Position numbers and translations under genes: made by a program. The notes beneath the pieces were generated by a model. The model did no database searches and was not told the origin of the DNA. It saw nothing but the letters and a program-made list of their open reading frames with translations. From the sequence record NC_070882.1: DNA of 64,000 nucleotides; one strand, written 5' to 3'. Positions 60,486 to 64,000 of this stretch are shown piece after piece (positions within the stretch are counted from its first letter, which is position 1; each line of letters starts with the position of its first letter).

Positions 60486-61582
60486 CGTCCTTGGCTTCGA
60501 TGGGGGTAAGATGTGTTGTGATGGTTCCTCCCAAGTATTTTGGTATTTGGATTGAAGCTCTTCAGAACACTTACAAGGACATTGCCCAGAGATACATTAC
60601 CATCTCGGGTTCCGCAGAACTCCAAAAACTAATAGATCGCGGCGTCGAAAACGATCTTGAAGGGATTGACGTTATTGTAATCTCTTCTACTACCTACCGG
60701 GCATATCTAGATAACTTTGAGAAGTATGGTAACCGACTCCATGAGCTCGGATACAATGTACCTCCACCCCGGTTCCACGAAGCAATACAAGCAGGACTGC
60801 AAATTAACGACGAGATTCAAGAAGATCCAGGACTAACCTTCCGTATCGATATTTACTCTAACATTAATAAGCAGATCTATTTGTCGGCTACTCCCTACAC
60901 AGGGAACGCCTACGTGACGAAGATGATTGACAAGATGTTGCCAGCAGAGACCATGTGTCGCCTGCCCAACTACGATGTCTACATCAACTGCATGGGGCTA
61001 CTCTACACTGAACCAAAGATCAAACCGAAGGATTATCTTACACCGTTTAAGAATACGTATAACCATGCGCGTTACGAAACGGTAATGATGAAAGATCCTA
61101 AACGGATGGATGACTATTTCAGGATGGTCGGTCGTATTGCTGAGGGCGTGTATGTGAAAGATCGGTTACCTGGTCAGAAACTACTCCTCCTTTGTGCAAC
61201 GGTCGCCTTTATTGAAAAACTGGTTAAATATCTGAAGACTAAGTTCCCTGACCTTGTGGTTAACGGACATGTCTCAGGTTGCAGTTATGAACAGTTACTT
61301 AAGAACGACATTACGGTGTCCACTATTAAGTCATCTGGTACAGGTGTAGACATCCCTAATCTTCGTGAGGTAGTATTGTTACAAGCTACCGATTCCAAGA
61401 AAGATAACATTCAAATTCTGGGTCGTCTCCGTAAACTGAAAGACTTCCAAGATGTGGTACCTAGGTTGACCTACCTAGTGTGTGAAAACATACCGCACCA
61501 CGTGAGATATGCTCGGAATAAAAGTGAGCATTTCGCCGGTAAAACTCTTTCAATGGTACTCAGACGGATAGCCATGCACTAA
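60458..61582 (+). CDS. SF2 helicase, C-terminal part in the -1 frame (phiKZ gp75-like)
   Basis: GKGKT Walker A, NDEIQ Walker B, LSATP motif III, SGTGVDIP, QILGRLR motif VI. No good own start. Confidence 0.85.
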   Translation, partial: GKGKTLTSLASLASMGVRCVVMVPPKYFGIWIEALQNTYKDIAQRYITISGSAELQKLIDRGVENDLEGIDVIVISSTTYRAYLDNFEKYGNRLHELGYNVPPPRFHEAIQAGLQINDEIQEDPGLTFRIDIYSNINKQIYLSATPYTGNAYVTKMIDKMLPAETMCRLPNYDVYINCMGLLYTEPKIKPKDYLTPFKNTYNHARYETVMMKDPKRMDDYFRMVGRIAEGVYVKDRLPGQKLLLLCATVAFIEKLVKYLKTKFPDLVVNGHVSGCSYEQLLKNDITVSTIKSSGTGVDIPNLREVVLLQATDSKKDNIQILGRLRKLKDFQDVVPRLTYLVCENIPHHVRYARNKSEHFAGKTLSMVLRRIAMH

Positions 61583-61586
61583 TAAC

Positions 61587-61610
61587 AGCCCACCTTCGGG
61601 TGGGCTTTAT
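61587..61610 (+). terminator. Terminator
   Basis: AGCCCACC-ttcg-GGTGGGCT-TTAT. Confidence 0.8.
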
Positions 61611-61629
61611 ACCGTTAAGAGGAATAGAA

Positions 61630-61902
61630 ATGTCACCTGTGATCCTACTTATTGTTTCACCGATATTAACCGTCGTGATGTATGTATTGGAACTGAAGCT
61701 CCGTGAGGAGTACAGAACGGCGCACTATAAACACTTGTTACGTTTAGCCGGACAGAACATCAAACCGAAGTTAATAAAGCAGTCTATAGAGTATTCTGAG
61801 ATTGCATTGACCCGATTGATCCATACGTTCGTAAAGAAATGTTACTTGGTATTAGCTTACTTTACGCTGACCATGTTCGTAATCGCTGCATCCCACATCT
61901 AA
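61630..61902 (+). CDS. Small 2-TM membrane protein
   Basis: GAGGA RBS before ATG 61630; hydrophobic N- and C-terminal segments. Confidence 0.7.
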   Translation: MSPVILLIVSPILTVVMYVLELKLREEYRTAHYKHLLRLAGQNIKPKLIKQSIEYSEIALTRLIHTFVKKCYLVLAYFTLTMFVIAASHI

Positions 61903-61912
61903 GGAATTACAA

Positions 61913-62215
61913 ATGAATACATCTCCCGCTGCTCTCCCTTTCCCCAACCTAATGTTCCTCCTTCTGGTAATTGTTATAGCAATTCCCGTTGTGGCATACA
62001 TCTATCTACCTTATGCTGCACTGGCTATTTCAACAGGTGTACTAGCTGCATGTACCTGTGTTTTAGGTATCGGTAATGCACTAGTTGATCCAAATGCCTG
62101 CGATACACCTAAACACTGGAGAGAGTATCGTTATTATCTAATCGCTGGATTTGGGTTCTTCACTGTTGCTATGTTCGCAGCAGCTAATCTCAAATATGCA
62201 TTTAAGTTCATTTAA
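61913..62215 (+). CDS. Small 3-TM membrane protein
   Basis: AAGGA RBS; three hydrophobic stretches. Confidence 0.7.
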   Translation: MNTSPAALPFPNLMFLLLVIVIAIPVVAYIYLPYAALAISTGVLAACTCVLGIGNALVDPNACDTPKHWREYRYYLIAGFGFFTVAMFAAANLKYAFKFI

Positions 62216-62219
62216 AGCC

Positions 62220-62227
62220 TATATTAC
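62220..62227 (+). promoter_or_regulatory. Early promoter
   Basis: TTTAAAGCCTATATTAC. Confidence 0.75.
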
Positions 62228-62262
62228 AACTGTGAATATACACCCACATAAAGGACAATGTA

Positions 62263-62457
62263 ATGGCTATTATCACCAATGTATTTGCTTTCGCTATCAT
62301 CACTCTGTTCATCGTCTTTTTCCTGAAACAGGGACTTGCGGTCATGGGTGTCAAAACGAACCACCTGCCGATTAAACTGGCTAAAGCTTTCAATGCATCT
62401 GGTCCTTTGGCAGCAATCCTTCTTGCCGTATACTTGATCATGGCAACCTTTTTATAA
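62263..62457 (+). CDS. Small 2-TM membrane protein
   Basis: AAGGA RBS; 64 aa. Confidence 0.7.
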   Translation: MAIITNVFAFAIITLFIVFFLKQGLAVMGVKTNHLPIKLAKAFNASGPLAAILLAVYLIMATFL

Positions 62458-62477
62458 CATCTTTCTGAGTTGATACC

Positions 62478-62666
62478 ATGGGATGGATTGTACTGATACT
62501 CACCTTCTTCGCTTCTCTTACGGTTGGAGGTGTAATGACTTTCTATGGCTTGGTAGCTAGTAGTAAAACCTTTTCAGATAGAATCTCTATGGTTCTATTT
62601 GGCGTAGTTATTATTGCTATCACCGGCTATAGTGGATATCATTTATTCGACATGCTTCCAAAATAG
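62478..62666 (+). CDS. Small 2-TM membrane protein
   Basis: 62 aa, hydrophobic hairpin. Confidence 0.65.
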   Translation: MGWIVLILTFFASLTVGGVMTFYGLVASSKTFSDRISMVLFGVVIIAITGYSGYHLFDMLPK

Positions 62667-62674
62667 GAGTTAAC

Positions 62675-62935
62675 ATGGATTTGATGTTTACTAACCCAAT
62701 AGCGTTTATTTACGGGACACTTAGCTTTCCTGGACTACTGTTCATGACTGGCTATGCTGTATCGTGGTTGTTCGTAATGGGTGTATGCAAGTGGCTTCCT
62801 AATTGGAAGTACCTCTGCATGTTCCTCTGCGTCAGTTGGGCAATTAGCTTTGCGATTTATCTAGTAATGATCATTACGGCCCTGGTTAGCGTGTATACCC
62901 CTCTCCAGTTACCGCCGTGGACGCTCATGAACTAA
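62675..62935 (+). CDS. Small multi-TM membrane protein
   Basis: AGGAG RBS; 86 aa, almost entirely hydrophobic. Confidence 0.7.
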   Translation: MDLMFTNPIAFIYGTLSFPGLLFMTGYAVSWLFVMGVCKWLPNWKYLCMFLCVSWAISFAIYLVMIITALVSVYTPLQLPPWTLMN

Positions 62936-62948
62936 CAAGGAGTTAATC

Positions 62949-63188
62949 ATGGAAACCATCATGCTGATCTGGTGGATCTCTATTTCGATTATCGCTGGGT
63001 CCCTGTTCGTAGCAAAACTGGTAAAAGATAACGATGATGTTCGTCGAACTCGTTTACCAAAGAAAGATATCATCATGCTCGACCGCATTAATATGATTTG
63101 CACTGCTCTCATATGGGGAGCTGCTATCGTAGCGCTGATCACTCTCTTCTTGGGTGGTCTTTTCATGATGATTGAAGCACAAGTGTAA
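62949..63188 (+). CDS. Small 2-TM membrane protein
   Basis: AAGGAG RBS; 79 aa. Confidence 0.7.
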   Translation: METIMLIWWISISIIAGSLFVAKLVKDNDDVRRTRLPKKDIIMLDRINMICTALIWGAAIVALITLFLGGLFMMIEAQV

Positions 63189-63193
63189 GACGG

Positions 63194-63226
63194 CATAAAG
63201 CTCCTACCTTCGGGTAGGAGCTATGC
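63194..63226. terminator. Bidirectional terminator
   Basis: CATAAAGCTCCTACC-ttcg-GGTAGGAGCTATG. Confidence 0.85.
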
Positions 63227-63236
63227 TTTATTTTTT

Positions 63237-63659
63237 TTATTTTAATCCAAGATCTTTCTCGATTTGTCTAGCTTGCGATGTACTTTGAATAGCCTTCGAC
63301 TCTGCAAGTTCAATCATGAACAAACAATCATTAAAGGGTAGTTCAAAGAACTCTAGTAAAGATAAACCATAAATGTCATTGATCTTGTAATTGACAAACT
63401 TCCGTATCCAAGTTCTTTCAGGTCCACCTTCTACGACGTTTTCCTTAGGATGCATTCTAACCAGATCTAAAGGATCAGCCTCTGGTGAATCATGATCGAA
63501 AATACCGTAGTCTTTATGGTAGGCCTTCCTGGTCAACATTTCGGCAATAGCTGGCCTTACGGCATCTAGCGTTCGCACGAGTTCATCGAATGCACTCTTA
63601 CCATTAACAGTCTTGCGACCGAAAGAGTTCATTGTAACGTGCCCGTTGTCGTCCTCCAA
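63237..63659 (-). CDS. Conserved protein, possibly the C-terminal (T-like) part of a frameshift fusion
   Basis: Frame open up to 63806; no RBS-supported start; YGLSLLEFFELP helix pattern. Confidence 0.65.
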   Translation of the reverse strand: MEDDNGHVTMNSFGRKTVNGKSAFDELVRTLDAVRPAIAEMLTRKAYHKDYGIFDHDSPEADPLDLVRMHPKENVVEGGPERTWIRKFVNYKINDIYGLSLLEFFELPFNDCLFMIELAESKAIQSTSQARQIEKDLGLK

Positions 63660-63697
63660 ATTAATTGTTAGACGACTATGCCGGGGGTCCTCGTTGA

Positions 63698-64000
63698 TTA
63701 CTCCAGGTGCTTGGCTTTCTGGCCCGCCAACGTGAAAAATATTGCCATCATGTCTAGCGGTACAAGGTGCGGGAAACGTTCGTTGAATGCTTGGCCCTGA
63801 GGACCTTTACATTCTTTGCAGTTATGCGATGGAAGAGCTACCACAGCCAGTACACAAGAGTTAGTATACTCATGTACGGTATCAAAGAACTGTTCCGCGT
63901 ACTGCGGATCACTCAGAGTGTTCGCCAGATAATCACTAATGATTTCCTGATCGTCGGAAAGCAGTTGATCTTCGAAGTCTTCTACATCGTCGTCCTTTTC
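63698..64000 (-). CDS. Partial conserved protein, C-terminal 100 aa (tail/baseplate-assembly chaperone-like), truncated by the window edge
   Basis: Translated by hand: ...LPSHNCKECKG...LVPLDMMAIFFTLAGQKAKHLE*. Confidence 0.7.
   Translation of the reverse strand, partial: EKDDDVEDFEDQLLSDDQEIISDYLANTLSDPQYAEQFFDTVHEYTNSCVLAVVALPSHNCKECKGPQGQAFNERFPHLVPLDMMAIFFTLAGQKAKHLE

Noticed and set aside
1-64000. CRISPR array, tRNA, rRNA, integrase or transposase
   Set aside because: No regularly spaced direct repeats, cloverleaf/TPsiC signatures or recombinase motifs seen; the recurring hairpins are dispersed terminators.

Overview
This 64-kb window comes from a phiKZ-like, nucleus-forming jumbo phage (Chimalliviridae). 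The chmB sequence suggests a close relative of Pseudomonas phage PA1C; that is recalled, not searched. The window carries the conserved core blocks in phiKZ order: chmB-DHFR; terminase large subunit; virion genes with tail sheath and tube; PhuZ tubulin; the family-B DNA polymerase palm subunit; chimallin (chmA); and the non-virion RNA polymerase (nvRNAP) block (beta'-N split by a 362-nt ORF-less group I intron just after the NADFDGD catalytic motif, SbcD/Mre11, chmC, the gp68-like specificity factor, picA/imp1, beta-C, beta'-C, SF2 helicase). Between them are islands of small early accessory genes behind TATATTAC promoters, bounded by a repeated bidirectional hairpin family. I saw no tRNA, rRNA, CRISPR array or integrase. 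The best leads are: (1) a ~350-nt multi-domain structured non-coding region between the chmA stop and its terminator; (2) an SF2 helicase split at its Walker A motif, where two overlapping -1 slippery heptamers would each restore the same protein; (3) a probable G/GT-like -1 frameshift gene pair at the right edge; (4) a shared C-terminal LGLV motif on PicA and its neighbour, plus an SSB-like acidic tail on ChmC; (5) a palindrome-rich non-coding locus at ~21.0-21.4 kb. phiKZ gene-number equivalences rest on recalled synteny and motifs, not on database searches.
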